Shown: positions 38,580 to 52,805 of the stretch, piece after piece
How the letters are laid out: each line of letters starts with the position of its first letter
Position numbering within the stretch: the first letter of the stretch is position 1
Origin: Octopus sinensis
Taxonomy: Eukaryota
Assembly (NCBI RefSeq): GCF_006345805.1
Contig: NC_043000.1
Span: forward strand, 75,454,001 to 75,518,000
Reading direction: 5' to 3'
DNA length: 64,000 nucleotides
Notes under the pieces: generated by a model
Database searches by the model: none
Told to the model about the DNA's origin: nothing
What the model saw: only the letters and a program-made list of their open reading frames with translations
Made by a program: the position numbers and the translations under genes

Positions 38580-41500
38580 TTGACCCGCCCACTCACCCCC
38601 TCCCAACATGCCGGAAGTTCCTATTCTTTTCATCCCTGGGTTGCTTCCCTTGAATACTGCAAATGCTCTTTCACCATCCCTACCCCTAGTTTCGACCTAG
38701 GTAAGATAATGATCATACAGTGCAAAATATGAATGGGTAGTGTTATGCAGGTTGAATTGAAGGCTACCGTATTACTTGCTCATGAATTCTGCCAAATGCG
38801 AGCTTTCTTTTCAGGTACATGAAGCTACTCTCCACCGACGCAGGGTCTCTAGGGCCCATACCTCCCACACCCTCAGGGTTGGCACCCTCAACGTTGGCAC
38901 ACTGAAAGGTAGGTCTGGCGAGATAGTTGAGATGCTTGAACGGAGACGTGTGGATATATGTTGCATGCAAGAAGTAAGGTGGAGAGGAGGTTCTGCTAGG
39001 TTCCTCACAGGCAAGGAACACAGGTACAAGATTTTCTGGGCAGGGAACACTGACAGGGTTGGAGGCGTGGGTATACTTATCGCTGAGAAATGGGTAGATA
39101 AAGTAATTGAGGTAATCAGAGTATGCGACAGAATACTTAAGATTAGATTAGCGCTTCATCATAGTTTAGCAACCATTATATCAGCCTATGCTCCTCAGTC
39201 GGGGCTACCTGATGGACAGAAAGACTGATTCTATGACACTCTACTGCAGACTACCTCGTTGACGAACGGCAGAGACCTTCTCTTTGTGGCTGGTGACTTC
39301 AATGGTCACGTTGGACGACATGCTGGGGGCTTCCACGGCGTACATGGAGGCTATGGCTCTGGTTCCCGCAACGAGGAGGGAACCAGGCTGCTGGAGTTCT
39401 GCGATGCAAATAATCTTATGATTTGCAACTCTAACTTCAGGAAACCTACCAGCCACCTAGTCACCTACCGATCGGGCCAACATACCAGCCAAATTGACTA
39501 CATCCTTGCCAGGCAAAGGGAGAGATGGCTACTTATAAATGCCAAAACCTTCCCAGGCGAAGAATGCACACCACAACATAGACTGGTAGTAGTGACTTTA
39601 GGATCAGGAGTAGGAGGACAACCAGAAGACGACCAACATGGAGAAGAAGGGTCTGGAAGCTTAAGGATCCTGTGAATGGACAGAGATTTAGAGACATGTT
39701 ACTTGAAGCCTTTGACGAAGTAGAAGGAGATAGTGTATCACATGGGGTAGAGGACAACTGGACGTTTCTAAGGGACAACCTGCTGAGAGCCACTGACCAG
39801 ATCTGTGGCTGGTGCAAAGTCCCCTCTCGTCCCAAGGTAACGTGGTGGTGGAACAGTGTCGTAGACAGGGCTATTAGAGAAAAGAGACAGACTTGGAAGC
39901 ACTGGAAGAATGGTGGTAGCAGGGAATTGTATCAGACTGCTAAAAGGGAAGCTAGGAGACAGGTCTATCTAGCCAGAGGGGAAGCAGATAAGAAAAAATT
40001 TGCCAATGTTCTGCGCCGTGAGGACCAAAGACTGGAGGTGTTTCGCGTTGCAAGACAGTGTGTGAGAGAGAATTGTGATGTGGTGGGAGAGAAGTGTGTT
40101 CGCATGGAAGATGGTTCACTTGCGCTAAACGAGGATGCAAAGAGAGAGGCTTGGAGACGCCACTATGAAAGGTTGCTGAATAAAGAAAATGAATGGGATA
40201 AAGAGAGTCTGCCGAACGTTGACCCAACAGAGGGACAGCTATCAGGGTTGATAGTTCCTTAGTAGCTAAGGCAATTAGAAGCATGAAGACAGGGAAAGCC
40301 CCAGGCCCATCAGGTATCACTGCAGAGATGCTCAAAATATCTGGTAGTGTCGGCTATAGCCTAGCCACCTGTATAGTTAATCAGGTGATACATGAAGGAG
40401 TCATACCCAATGACTGGTGTAGCAGCATAATAGTCAACTGCTACAAAGGTAAAGGTGATGCCCTAGATACAAATAATTACAGAGGTATCAAGCTGTTGGA
40501 TCAGGTGATGAAGGTTACAGAGAGGGTCATAAGCCAACTAATTAGAGAGAGAGTTAGTTTAGATGAGATGCAGTTTGGTTTCGTGCCAGGGAAAAGTACC
40601 ACTGATGCTATATTCCTGGTAAGGCAGCTGCAGGAGAAATACCTAGCCAAAGATAAGGCCCTGTACCTGGCTTTTGTTGACATGGAGAAAGCCTTCGACA
40701 GGGTCCCCTGATCCCTCATATGGTGGTCAATGAGGAAACTAGGAATAGAAGAATGGTTAGTGAGAGCTGTGCAAGCCATGTACAGGGACGCTGCTAGTAA
40801 GGTGAGGGTTGGAAATGAGTACAGTGAAGAATTCCGGGTAGAGGTAGGGGTCCACCAAGGCTCAGTCCTCAGCCCCCTCCTATTTATCATAGTCCTCCAG
40901 GCAATAACGGAGGAATTCAAGACAGGATGCCCCTGGGAGCTCCTCTATGCTGATGACCTTGCTCTAATTGCTGAGTCATTATCAGAACTGGAGAAGAAGT
41001 TTCAGGTGTGGATGCATGGTTTAGAATCGAAGGGCCTTAGAGTCAACCTAGCTAAAACCAAAGTCCTAATAAGTAGGAAGGTAGACAAATCACAAACGCC
41101 TTCAGGTAGATGGCCCTGCTCGATCTGTAGAAAAGGTGTAGGTAGAAACTCTATAAGATGCACCAAGTATAAGCTATGGACACATAAGAGGTGCAGCAAT
41201 GTCATAGGAAGGCTAACTAGGAAGATGGTTCTTGTATGTGGCAGATGCTCGGGAGCATTAACCTCTGAAAATCTGCAGAAAACAACTTCCGTCACTTTCC
41301 AGGGGGAAAAACTAGAAGTAGTTGATAGCTTCCGTTATCTTGGTGACCAAGTCAGTAGTGGGGGTGGGTGTGCTGAAAGTGTAACGGCTAGAATAAGAAT
41401 AGCCTGGGCAAAGTTTAGGGAGCTCTTACCTCTGTTGGTGACTAAAGGCCTCTCGCTCAGAGTAAAAGGCAGGCTGTATGATGCATGTGTACGAACAGCC

Positions 41501-42858
41501 ATGCTACATGGCAGTGAAACATGGGCCGTGACTGCTGAGGACATGCGTAAGCTCGCGAGAAATGAAGCTAGTATGCTCCGTTGGATGTGTAATGTCAGTG
41601 TTCATAGTCGACAGAGTATAAGTACCTTGAGAGAAAAGTTGGACCTAAGAGGAATCAGATGTTGTGTGCAAGAGAGACGATTGCGCTGGTATGGTCATGT
41701 GGTGAGAATGGATGAAGATAGGTGTGTGAAAAAGTGCCACACCCTGGCAGTTGAGGGGACCTGTGGAAGAGGTAGACCCAGGAAAACCTGGGTCGAGGTG
41801 GTGAAGCACGACCTTCGAACTCTAGGTCTCACCAAGGAAATGACCAGAGACCGAGACCTATGGAAATATGCTGTGCGTGAGAAGACCCGGCAAGACCAGT
41901 GAGAACAATCAAAATCAAATCATATATCAGAAAGCAGGGGTTAAGTGACCCATCCGTTCGTGTCCGCTGTCAGCCTCGTCTGGCACCCGTGCCGGTGATA
42001 CGTAAGAGCACCATTCGCTCATGGCCGTTTGCCAGCTCTGTCTGGCCCCGTGTCGGTGGCACGTAAAAGCACCATCCGTTTGCGTCCGTTGCCAGCCTCG
42101 GCTGGCCCCCGTGCCGGTGACACGTAAAAGCACCGTCCGTTCGTGGCCGGCTGCCAGCTCTGTCTGGCCCCGTGTCGGTGGCACGTAAAAGCACCATCCG
42201 TTCGTGTCCGTTGCCAGCATCGCCTGGCCCCGTGCCGGTGACACGTAAAAGCACCATCCGTTCGTGGCCGTTCGCCAGCTCTGTCTGACACCTGTGCAGG
42301 TGGCACGTAAAAAACACCCACTACACTCGCGGAGTGGTTGGCGTTAGGAAGGGCATCCAGCCGTAGAAACACTGCCAGATCTGACTGGGCCTGACGAAGC
42401 CTTCCAGCTTCACAGACCCCAGTTGACCCGTCCAACCCATGCTAGCATGGAAAGCGGACGCTAAACGATGATGATGATGATGATGATGATGATGATATAT
42501 ATATATCATGATCATCATCATCATCACTTTTTGGTCCTGGCATCTGTTTGGCAAGACTGAGTTAGTTCTTATTGACATTTACTTCCCCACTCTACCTACC
42601 CCAACTATATTTTGGAGTTGACTACTTCAAGTTTCTTATTTCTTTGCATCCATCAATTAATGATAATATAGTATATCTTGTATATAATATAACATATACA
42701 TATATCAAAACAGGAGATAAGAAAAAACTTTTGGTATTATTTATTCACCATTACACATGTTTCATTTACTAATAGGGGTTACAAAATTGTATTTAACAGA
42801 GAAACATGTAAGATATCTTCTGTTAGAAAGTCTTCAGACAGAAAATCAGAGAGTATTA

Positions 42859-44079
42859 TCACGCTGAGTAAAAAGTAAGCAACGTTTTGAAACATGAAAT
42901 TCATCACAATATATTTCAGCAATGTGGAAATTTTATTCATCAATGTAAGTACCATTACAATCAACACATTTGTGCCAATGAGTTACAAGTTTGTTTATTC
43001 TGGTAACATAAAAATCTGGAGTTCTGGAGCTGATGAACTCTATGAACACGGTTTCAGCATCGGTTTGATTTTTTAACTCTTTCTCTTTCAGGAAACCATC
43101 AAGGTGCTTGAAAAAGTGGTAGTCGGTAGGAGAAAGGTCTGGGGGAATAAGCTGGGTGGGGAATAAATTCATAGCCAAGTTCCTTCAACTTTTGAAGCAT
43201 CATTAGTGAAACGTGTGGTTGAGCATTGTTATGAAGAATGATTGGCCCTCTTCTGTTGACCAGTCTGGGACAGAGGAGTAGCGGTTTTTCGTTCATTTTG
43301 ACAATTTCATGACAATATGTTTCTGCAGTAATGGTTTTTCCAGATTTTAAAAAGTTATAATGGATGATTCCAAAAGTACACCATAACCTTCTTTTGAAGA
43401 GCTTGGGTTTAGGGAAGGTTTTCGGTGCTTCATTTTGGTCCAACCACTGCAATGAACGTTTTTTATTGTACAGAATCCACTTTTCATTGCAAGTTACAAT
43501 ATGGTCAAGAAATGGATTGGTCTGGTTGCGGAGAAGAAGCAATAAGCATTTTCTGATTTTCATTCAAATTTGTTGAGCTTTTTTGATTTTCTGATTGCAT
43601 GAAAATGGTTGCAGGCAGTTTTCTGGTTAACTTGAAGTTCTTTTGCCAGTTCTCAAGTGGTTTTATATGGATCTTTCTCAATGACAGTCTCTACTTGACT
43701 GTCATCGATGACAGATGGGCGTCCATAATGCTCACAATCTGCAAAATCATTTAAACCATTTTCAAGCTGACCTCTCACTGGTCATTTCCCCACCAAATGT
43801 TTCATTGATATCATGAACAGTTTTAGCTGCTTTACATCCTTTTTTGAAGTTGAATAGCAAAACTGCTCAAATATCGCACTTTCACAGTTCCATTTCAGAT
43901 GATTGTAACAATGGGGAAAAAAAATATATAAATGTTAATTTATTGATGCATTTGGGTAAGTTTATATCTGTATTATCAGACAACTGCAAAAAAATGTTTA
44001 ACAAAAATTCAAAACCCTGCAAAAATCTGGTACAAATTCTTCATGGTTCAAAACGTTGCTTATTTTTTATGCAACCTGA
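42859..44079 (-). mobile_element. Full-length decayed mariner transposon
   Basis: TA|TCA(C/G)G(C/T)TG inverted ends with TA duplication; IVTCNEKWILY, ILHNNAQPH, HPAYSP and DLSPTDYHFF motifs with frameshifts. Confidence 0.92.
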
Positions 44080-44383
44080 TAATTGATTCGCTGTCTGAGG
44101 AATTTTTAATAAGAGATATTTTATAATTTTCTCTTAGATGTTATAATATTCTAACTCCTATTAGCAAATGAAACATGTGCAATGGTGAATAAATAATACT
44201 AAAAATATTTTCCAGTCTACTGCTTTGATGCAAATATTATTTTCCAATATTTTTCTATTCCTATACATGCCTCACACAATTATAACATCTACATACAATG
44301 TCGGCATACTGGAATATGCAGGTGTGCTTCACGAGGACACAGCTTCGATTACAACCCTATCTACATACTATATATGTGTATAT

Positions 44384-44464
<81 letters not shown>

Positions 44465-44467
44465 ATA

Positions 44468-44870
44468 GGGACAGGAGTGGCTGTGTGGTAAGTAGCTTGT
44501 TTACCAACCACATGGTTCCGGGTTCAGTCCCATTGCATGGCATCTTGGGCAAGTGTCTTCTGCTATAGCCCCGGGCCGACCAATGCCTTGTGAGTGGATT
44601 TGGTAGACGGAAACTGAAAGAAGCTTGTCGTATATATGTATATATATATATATGTGTTTGTTTGTGTGTCTGTGTTTGTTCCCCTAGCATTGCTTGACAA
44701 CCGATGCTGGTGTTTACGTCCCCGTCACTTAGCGGTTCGGCAAAAAAGAGACCGATAGAATAAGTACTGGGCTTACAAAGAATAAATCCCGGGGTCAAGT
44801 TGCTCGATTAAAGGCGGTGCTCCAGCATGGCCGCAGTCAAATGACTGAAACAAGTAAAAGAGAAAAAAAG
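44468..44870 (+). mobile_element. Full-length tRNA-derived SINE
   Basis: A box TGGCTGTGTGGT, B box GGGTTCAGTCCC, internal TA/TG tract, tail GAAACAAGTAAAAGAG; a decayed sister follows at about 44915-45100. Confidence 0.88.
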
Positions 44871-45395
44871 AGAATATGCACACATACATATGTACAGAAA
44901 GACTGATAGAAGGCACAGGCATGTAGTTCCCTTCTTAATCATATGGTTTTGAGTTCAGTCCCAGTGCATGGCAACTTCGCCAAGTATCACTTATGATAGC
45001 CAAGATTGACCACATCCTTGTGAGTGAATTTGATAGATGGAACCTGTAAAAAATCTATCTATATAACATGTGTGTATATCTGTTTATGTTTGTGCTCTAT
45101 AAAAGTTGCAAGCTACAAGCATTGCTGTTGTCATTTCTCTGGTTGACAAATTGTCTGCTTACTTCAAGCCTTTCAAGACATGTGTAATTAAGAGATTCCT
45201 TATTTAAAAGTCAAGTATTAATGACAGGAAAGGCATATGGTTGTGAAAGAATACTTCAATCATTTTTTCATTTAAAACATACTTGACTCGAAAAACTTGT
45301 AAATCAAACAAGACATATTCAAATAGATACATGTATTTGATGATATTTATATGTATATATACATATGATATATGTATATATGATTGAAATATATA

Positions 45396-45435
<40 letters not shown>

Positions 45436-45814
45436 GATACGTATATATATATATATATATGATACGTATATATATATATATGTATATGTATGTATATATA
45501 TATGTATGTCTGTATATATATATATGTATGTATATATATAGTTAGTTAATTTTTTGGCTAAAAAAGCAAAAATATATATAATATTTATATATGTATAATA
45601 TATGTATAATATATATGTATAATAAAATTATATATATATGATACGTATATATATATATATATATTATGGGCACAGGAAAAAAGTGTGTTAATGCCTGGGA
45701 GATTTTTTTGGTAGTAGAAAAGGCATTTAACTCCTATTTCTAAATTCAGTGCATGGCAAAGCAATTAGCTAACCCCTGATTATAATTATGTTCATAATTA
45801 TAGAATTTTTGTAC

Positions 45815-45890
<76 letters not shown>

Positions 45891-46624
45891 TAATCCAAAC
45901 AAGAAAACACAAAAAAAACACAACAACGCGAGGACGTAGAACAAATAAAGTATTATTGTACACTCAGGAAAGAAGGGAAGAAGGAGGGTTTAAAGTTTCG
46001 AGCGGAGCTCTTCGTCGGAAACATAGGAGAAGGAAAGATCCCAAGAAAGGAAGACAGAGGAAAAAAAATCACCAGCGGTACTCACGAAGTCACATATATC
46101 TCTTATTATAAAAGGCAGATTTTATCTGCCTCCCTTTGTATCTTATAGAAATCTACAATATAGGATTTCTTCAATTACAATTTACCTAGCATTTTTAAGA
46201 GTAGAATGCATCGGGTCATGCCAGGTCCAGTTTTTAAAATTTAAACTCCAATTAAGCAAAATTTACAGAAAACTCACATTCTGGTGTGTACGTCAAATGC
46301 TTTTCTTAGTCTAGTTTACAGCACACGCAAACGCACACACACAGTGTGCTACGAATAAAGTGAAAGTAATTCAGTGTGTTGACAGGTAGACAATAGAATG
46401 CGGTGACGATGGCGGTGACGATGGCGATGTAATATTTGTTTCTGTCTATGACGCTGATAGATACATGATAAAATGTATGGGAAGCTAAGACATAAGAGTG
46501 AGTGAAAATGTTCTTGGAAGAGAGTAAATAGCGAGAGAGAGTGATTTGAGGAAGACTTTACATTAAATAACCGTAGTGGCTTGTGTTAGTAATAAAGTAA
46601 ACATACACTCATACATACATACAT

Positions 46625-46655
<31 letters not shown>

Positions 46656-46734
46656 TACACACACACATACATACACACACACATACATACATACACACAT
46701 ACATACATACATACATACATATACATACATACAT

Positions 46735-46765
<31 letters not shown>

Positions 46766-47129
46766 TACACACACACACAGTATTGAAGCTTGAGAACAAT
46801 CAGATACATTTGCAACACATCTGTTGAAAATATTATTGTTCACACACATACATATACATATATACATACAGACAGACAGACAGATAGACACACACACACA
46901 CACACACACATGATCCAGCATGGCCATAACCTCAAGGCTGAAACATATAAAAGAATAACAGAATATAAATGTGTGCATGTGTGTGAGAGAGAGAGTGTGT
47001 GTGTATATGTATGTATGTATGTATGTATATATATAATAATGCGGTTTTTTCAACAGCTTGAACTAAAAGTCAGAGGGGAATGGGATAAACTACTTATATT
47101 AACTTGCTATAAAAGCAGGTAGTAATTTT

Positions 47130-47640
47130 ATCTTGTCCTTATTCATAGTGCAAGTTTTGAAGAGTGCATTTCGATTTTAACAGCTATTTTTTTCAAAGCT
47201 ATGTTGGAAGTAACAAAGGAGCATATTTGGCATATTTTGCTTTATGAGTTCAATAAAGACAACAACGCAACAGAAAGTACAAGAAATATTAATGCAGTAT
47301 ATGGGGATTGGACAATAAGCGTAAGGCAGTGTCAATGGTGGTTCCAGAAATTCCGAGCCATAAACTACAGCCTAGAAGACGAGCCTCATCCTGAAAGATC
47401 TGTAGAACTCAACAAGGACATCCTGAAAACCCTGGTGGAACAAAATCTCATCGTAACTGTTGAGGAACTAGCAGAGAAGCTTGGATTTGGTCATTCAACC
47501 ATTCATTGAGACCTGTGTGCTATCGGAAAAGTCAGCAAATTGGGTCAATGGGTTCCTCACGAACTTTCCGAGTCTAATTGCATGCAGAGAGTGAATGTAT
47601 GCTTTTCTTTGCTGTCACATCTCACCACTACTGCGCTATG
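47130..47640 (+). mobile_element. Mariner 5' fragment (HTH region)
   Basis: MLEVTKEHIWHILLYEF...WFQKFR...SLEDEP...KLGQWVPHEL; cut off by the Helitron at 47645. Confidence 0.88.
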
Positions 47641-47644
47641 TATA

Positions 47645-48281
47645 TCTATATATATAAAACTGTAGTTGTGTGAGTGTCTGTCCCCTTCGATTTAGATTCC
47701 TAACTACTCCCACATTTTGCGGTGCAGTTTAACCAAATTCGGGTAGCTTATAGTCGTGATTCATATCGAGCCCGTCTGAGTATTAGCGTGCGTCTACGAT
47801 GAGTCTACGATTTTAAAAATAATTTAACATAAGTTTTTATTCCATTTTAATGCATAATTTTTCGTGTGTCGATGGCGGCGGAGTTGGCGTCCACGCTCAC
47901 ACCTGCACCTGTCGGGAAGGGAGTGTAAGGAAATCAACGTCGTAATGCGTTGTCAAGGAGACCAGCGTTCTTTTAGAACAACGACTTCATGGCTTGAAGA
48001 CACCAAAACAGAAATGGCTAAGAAAGCGTCTACGTGAGTCTACGATTTAAAAAAAAATTTACCATCGTTTTTTTTCCATTTTAATGCATTTTTTCGCTAT
48101 TATATAAGGGAAGTAACTCTCTAAAAATGTCTACGATGAGTCAACGATTTAAAAAAAAATTTACCATCATATTTTTTCCATTTTTAATGCATTTTTTGCT
48201 ATTTTTTGGCTATAACTCTCTAAAAATGCTTATATAGTTATTTCCCTTACAAACCCGAGCAACGCTGGGCGATACTGCTAG
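47645..48281 (+). mobile_element. Non-autonomous Helitron
   Basis: A|TCTATATATATAAAA ... CCCGAGCAACGCTGGGCGATACTGCTAG|T, with internal short repeats. Confidence 0.85.
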
Positions 48282-48438
48282 TATATATATATAGAAATGG
48301 TAAGACAACAAAAGAATGAAAGAGACCTCGATATTCTGTAAATAGAGGAATTTATCTGTAAATATAATATGTCGCAATTCTCGGAGTTTTATCATGGCTA
48401 CGAATAATTGTCACATATATATATACAGATATATATAT

Positions 48439-48487
<49 letters not shown>

Positions 48488-48568
48488 GATACATATATAT
48501 ATGTATATGATACATATATATATGATAATATATCATATATTTATATATAATATGTATATATATATATA

Positions 48569-48615
<47 letters not shown>

Positions 48616-48619
<4 letters not shown>

Positions 48620-49020
48620 AGAATTCACAAAAAAAACAAAAGACGAAGTCGGGTGGTGTAGACAACAGATGTATTAGTTTAATGCTCGGGAAGTGAAAAA
48701 GTCTTTAATATTTAGAGCCTACGTTCTTCCGCAGAAAGAAATGGAGAGAAAATACAGTGTAGTGGCTAGCGATCTATCATGGCGAATGCCGGACAAAGGG
48801 GTCACACAGGAGAGCTAGAAAGAAGGGGAGATAATAAAGTAGTGGTGATCCCAAAATGAAGGTGCACGTGCGTGTGTATATGAGAGCATATATGGGTGTG
48901 TGGATGATGGTGTGGGTGCTGGGAAGTAGTCTGTGCTAGTGTGTGCATGGTGGTGTGTAGGCAAGTAAAAAACAACAAAATTCAAAAGGATGTACACAGC
49001 GAATATATGAGATTGATGTT
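48616..49020 (-). mobile_element. Penelope family-2 terminal fragment
   Basis: Colinear with 22200-22581; ends GAATTCTCCC|TATA; decayed CUGCGGA-type hammerhead-like motif. Confidence 0.7.
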
Positions 49021-49140
49021 CAGAGAAAGTAAGATGGAAAAAAGATGGGGGTGTGACATTTCAAGCATGGTTCTTTGTCAGAAAGGAAAGCGGAAAATGA
49101 CTGGAGAGAAGGAAAAGGATAGTCCGAAAAAAGCATATAT

Positions 49141-49192
<52 letters not shown>

Positions 49193-49379
49193 ATATATGG
49201 CTGCTTCCTGCATCAGTTCCGCATAGCCCCTGCCCATTCAAAGTACCCCGGATCCCAGATCGTCCCGCTGTGCTTGAGGAGACCTGTTGAGTCAAGTACA
49301 TGAACACTCCGAACACCCCTCCCCAAATTTTTCTATCCAGGTTGATGATAGCACAATTCATAACCAAGTTATCCTTCTG

Positions 49380-50030
49380 GTCTATGTCAGATTCATCCAT
49401 GAAGATGATATAAGGGAAGAAATGTTATTCATTAAAAGTTTTTTCTGAAACAACTAATGGAGAAGATATATTCAATGAAGTAATGCAGTATTTTAATGAT
49501 AAAAATATTCCATTGACTAATTTGATCAACACTGCATCAGATGGAGCTGCAGCCATGACTGGAAGAGTGAAAGGCTTTGTTTCTAGAATGAAATCACTTG
49601 ATCCTCACATTTTTAATATACGTTGCATTATTCACAGACAGCATGTGGTTGCTAAGAATATTGGAGGACACATGGAAAACGCACTCAACACTTCCATACA
49701 TACAAATAACATTGTCAAATCAAACTCTGTGAATAATAGATTTTTTATGCAATTCTGTGAAGATGAAGATTTTAAAACCCTGTTGCTTCACACAGAAGTA
49801 AGATGGGTCAAAAGGCCTGAGCCTTGAAAGACTAGTGAATTTGTGGGAGCCATTAATCCACTTTTTCATGTTCAAGAGTCAGATGACTCATTACAACTCC
49901 AAGACAAGCTGATACAGCTAAGAAAATTTTGGAAAGACTTTCTGAGTTTAAAAAAAATATTCTACTTGAGTGATATTTTTAAAACAGTGAATCTGCTTAA
50001 CTGCAAGGTAGAAAATCAGATTTGGTCACC
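49380..50030 (+). mobile_element. hAT (Buster/Charlie, ZBED5-like) transposase fragment
   Basis: YVRFIHEDDIREEMLF...TTNGEDIF...ASDGAAAMTG...CIIHRQHVVAK...LLLHTEVRW. Confidence 0.85.
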
Positions 50031-50569
50031 TGTATACTGCTAGTATACATATATACTAGCAGTAAAACCCATTGTTGATCAGGTAATTACTTTGACTGTT
50101 TATTGAGAGCCACATTTAAAGTATTATATGTATAATTTACTTCTCCTGTATGTGTGTATTTTTATAAGAGAAAACCATGTAATAATTGAAGTAGAAGAAA
50201 GATTAATATCATACATGAACTTGTGTTTGTTTCTGATAGCTAAGGCAGTGATAGACAGCTAATGCGTGCATGAATGTGATGCAATCTCTGCCCAGTATGC
50301 CGAAGTGAAGAATGCATTAAGTAAATAATAAGCAAGCGATTATTAGAGAGCAATAGCCGCCTTAGCTGCATGCATAAACGCGATGCGTCCGTGTGTTATG
50401 TACGCTACCAGACACACACTCGTGGGCGATATCGCCACTGAGATGATGGCTTTTCGATCGATCGCACCGCCTGTCGCCGGCCGCCAACTCTTTGCTTGCT
50501 ATTGCTCTCTACTACAAATTGCTTACCTGCATCCAACTTTATTACTAATATAGCCGCCACCGTCGTCGT

Positions 50570-52805
50570 CGTCGTCATCATCATCATCATCATCCATTAA
50601 CGTCCGTTTTCCATGATGGCATGGGTTGGACAGTTTGACTGAAATCTTGGAGAGCCAGCTGCTGCAACAGGTTCCAATCTAGTCTAGCATAATTTCTACA
50701 GCTAAATGCCCTTTCTAATGCCAACTATTCCGAGAGTGTAGTGGGTGTTCTTTATGTCCCATCGGCACAGGAGCCAGCTAGCGGGTCACCGGCCCCCAGC
50801 TATGGTATTGGTTTTACTTGACTCAAGCATACTGCAAGCTTACGCATATCCTCGGCATTCATGGCCCATGTTTCACTACCGTATAGCATGGCAGTTCACA
50901 CAAATGCATCATACAGTCCACCTTTCCCTCGGAGTGAGAGGCCATTAGCTGCCAGCAGAGGTAGGAGCTCCCTGAATATGCCCAGGCTATTATTACTCTA
51001 GTTGCTACACTCGCAGAGCAATCAGTCCCACTACATATTTGGTTGCCTAGGTAGTAGAAAGTATTTACTACTTCTAGTTTCTTCCCCAGGCATGTAATGG
51101 AAGCTGTTTTCTGAACACCTTCAGTGTTTATTGCCCCACTGCATCTGCCACACACAAGAAATAATTTTCCCAGTTAACCTTCCTTTGATATTGCTGCACC
51201 TTTTATGTGTCCATAGCTTACACCGGGTGCATTGTATGGAGTTTCTACAGAGGAGTTTGTGATTTGACAGCCTGCACACTAACTAAAATTTTGGTTTTGG
51301 CTAGGTTAACCCTAAGGCCATTCAATTCTAGACTTTGCTTCCATGCCCTAACCTTTGGCTCCAGTTCCAGCAGTGACTCTGCTATTAGTGCAAGGTCATC
51401 AGCATAGAGGAGCAGCCTGTCTTGAATTCCTTTGTTATTGCCTGGAGGACTATAATAAATAAGAGGGGGCTGAGGACTGATCTTAGGTTGACCCTTACCC
51501 CTACCCGATATTCTTCACTGTACTCGTTGCCAACCCTCACCTTACTGTACATGGCTTGTACAGCTCTCAATAAACATTCATCCATCCCTAGTCTCCTCAT
51601 TGACCACCAGATAGGGGATCGGGGGACCCTGTCAATGAAAGCCAGGTACAGAGTTTTATCTTGGACTAGCTATTTCTCCTGCATCTGTCTTATCAGAAAT
51701 ATAGCATCAGTGGTGCTTTCCCCTGGCACGAACCGAAACTGCATCTCATCTAGACTGCCTCTCTCCCTAATTACTTGGGCTATGACCCTCTCCATGACCT
51801 TCATTACCTGATCCAACAACTTGATACCTCTGTAATTATTTGTATCTAATGCGTCACCTTTACCTTTGTTAGCAGTTGACTATGGTGCTGCTACACCAGT
51901 CATTGGGTATGACTCCTTCATGTATCACCTGGTTGACTAGGCTATAGCCAACACCGCCAGATATTTTGAGCATCTCTGTGGTGATTCCTGATTGTCCGGG
52001 GGCTTTCCCTGTCTTCATACCCTTAATTGCTTTACCTACCAAGGCACTGTCAATTTAGATAGATAGCTGGTCCCTCTGTTGGGCCGGCATTTGGCAGACT
52101 CTCTTTCTCACATTCATTCACTTTATTTAGCAAACTTTCATAATGGCATCTCCAAACCTGTCTCTTTGCAGCTTTGTTTAAAGCAAGTGAACCGTCACCC
52201 ATGAGGACACATTTCTCTCCTTGGACATCGCGATTCTCTCTCACACATTGTCTGGCAACAGGAAAATACTTCAAGTCTTTGGTCATCACGGTGCAGAACA
52301 TTGGCAAATTTTTCCTTATCTGTCCAAATAAACCTGTCTCCTAGCTTCCTTTTAGCAGTCTGATACAATTCCCTGCTATCACCAGTTTTCCAGTCCTTCA
52401 AAGTCTGTTTCTTTTCCTTACTAGCCCTGTCAACAACATTGTTCCACCACCACGTTACCTTAGGTTGAGAGGAGACTTTGCACCATCCACAGATCTGGTC
52501 ACTAGCCCTCAAAAGGTTGTCCTGTAGAAACCTCCAGTTGTCTTCCACAGCTTTGAGTAATATGTCTCTCAATCTCTTTTTGCAGGATCCTTAAGCTTCC
52601 AGACCCTTCTCCTCCTTCCTGGTCGTCTCCTGGGCATCCATTTAGCCCTGATCCTGAAGTCGCTAACTACTAATCTATGTTGTGGGGTACATTCTTCACC
52701 TGGGAAGGTTTGGGCATTTACAAGTAGTCGTCTTTCCTGTTTCCTAGTGAGGATGTAGTCAATTTGACTAGTGTGTCTACCAGATTGGTAGGTGACTAAA
52801 TGGTC
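50570..52805 (-). mobile_element. RTE family A, older deleted copy
   Basis: Reverse-complement similarity to the RT region (SVLSPLLFIIVLQAIT, DQICGWCKV) with many indels; (GAT)n tail at about 50575. Confidence 0.9.

Noticed and set aside
44468-44545. tRNA gene
   Set aside because: A/B boxes are present but I see no full cloverleaf, and it continues into a SINE body.
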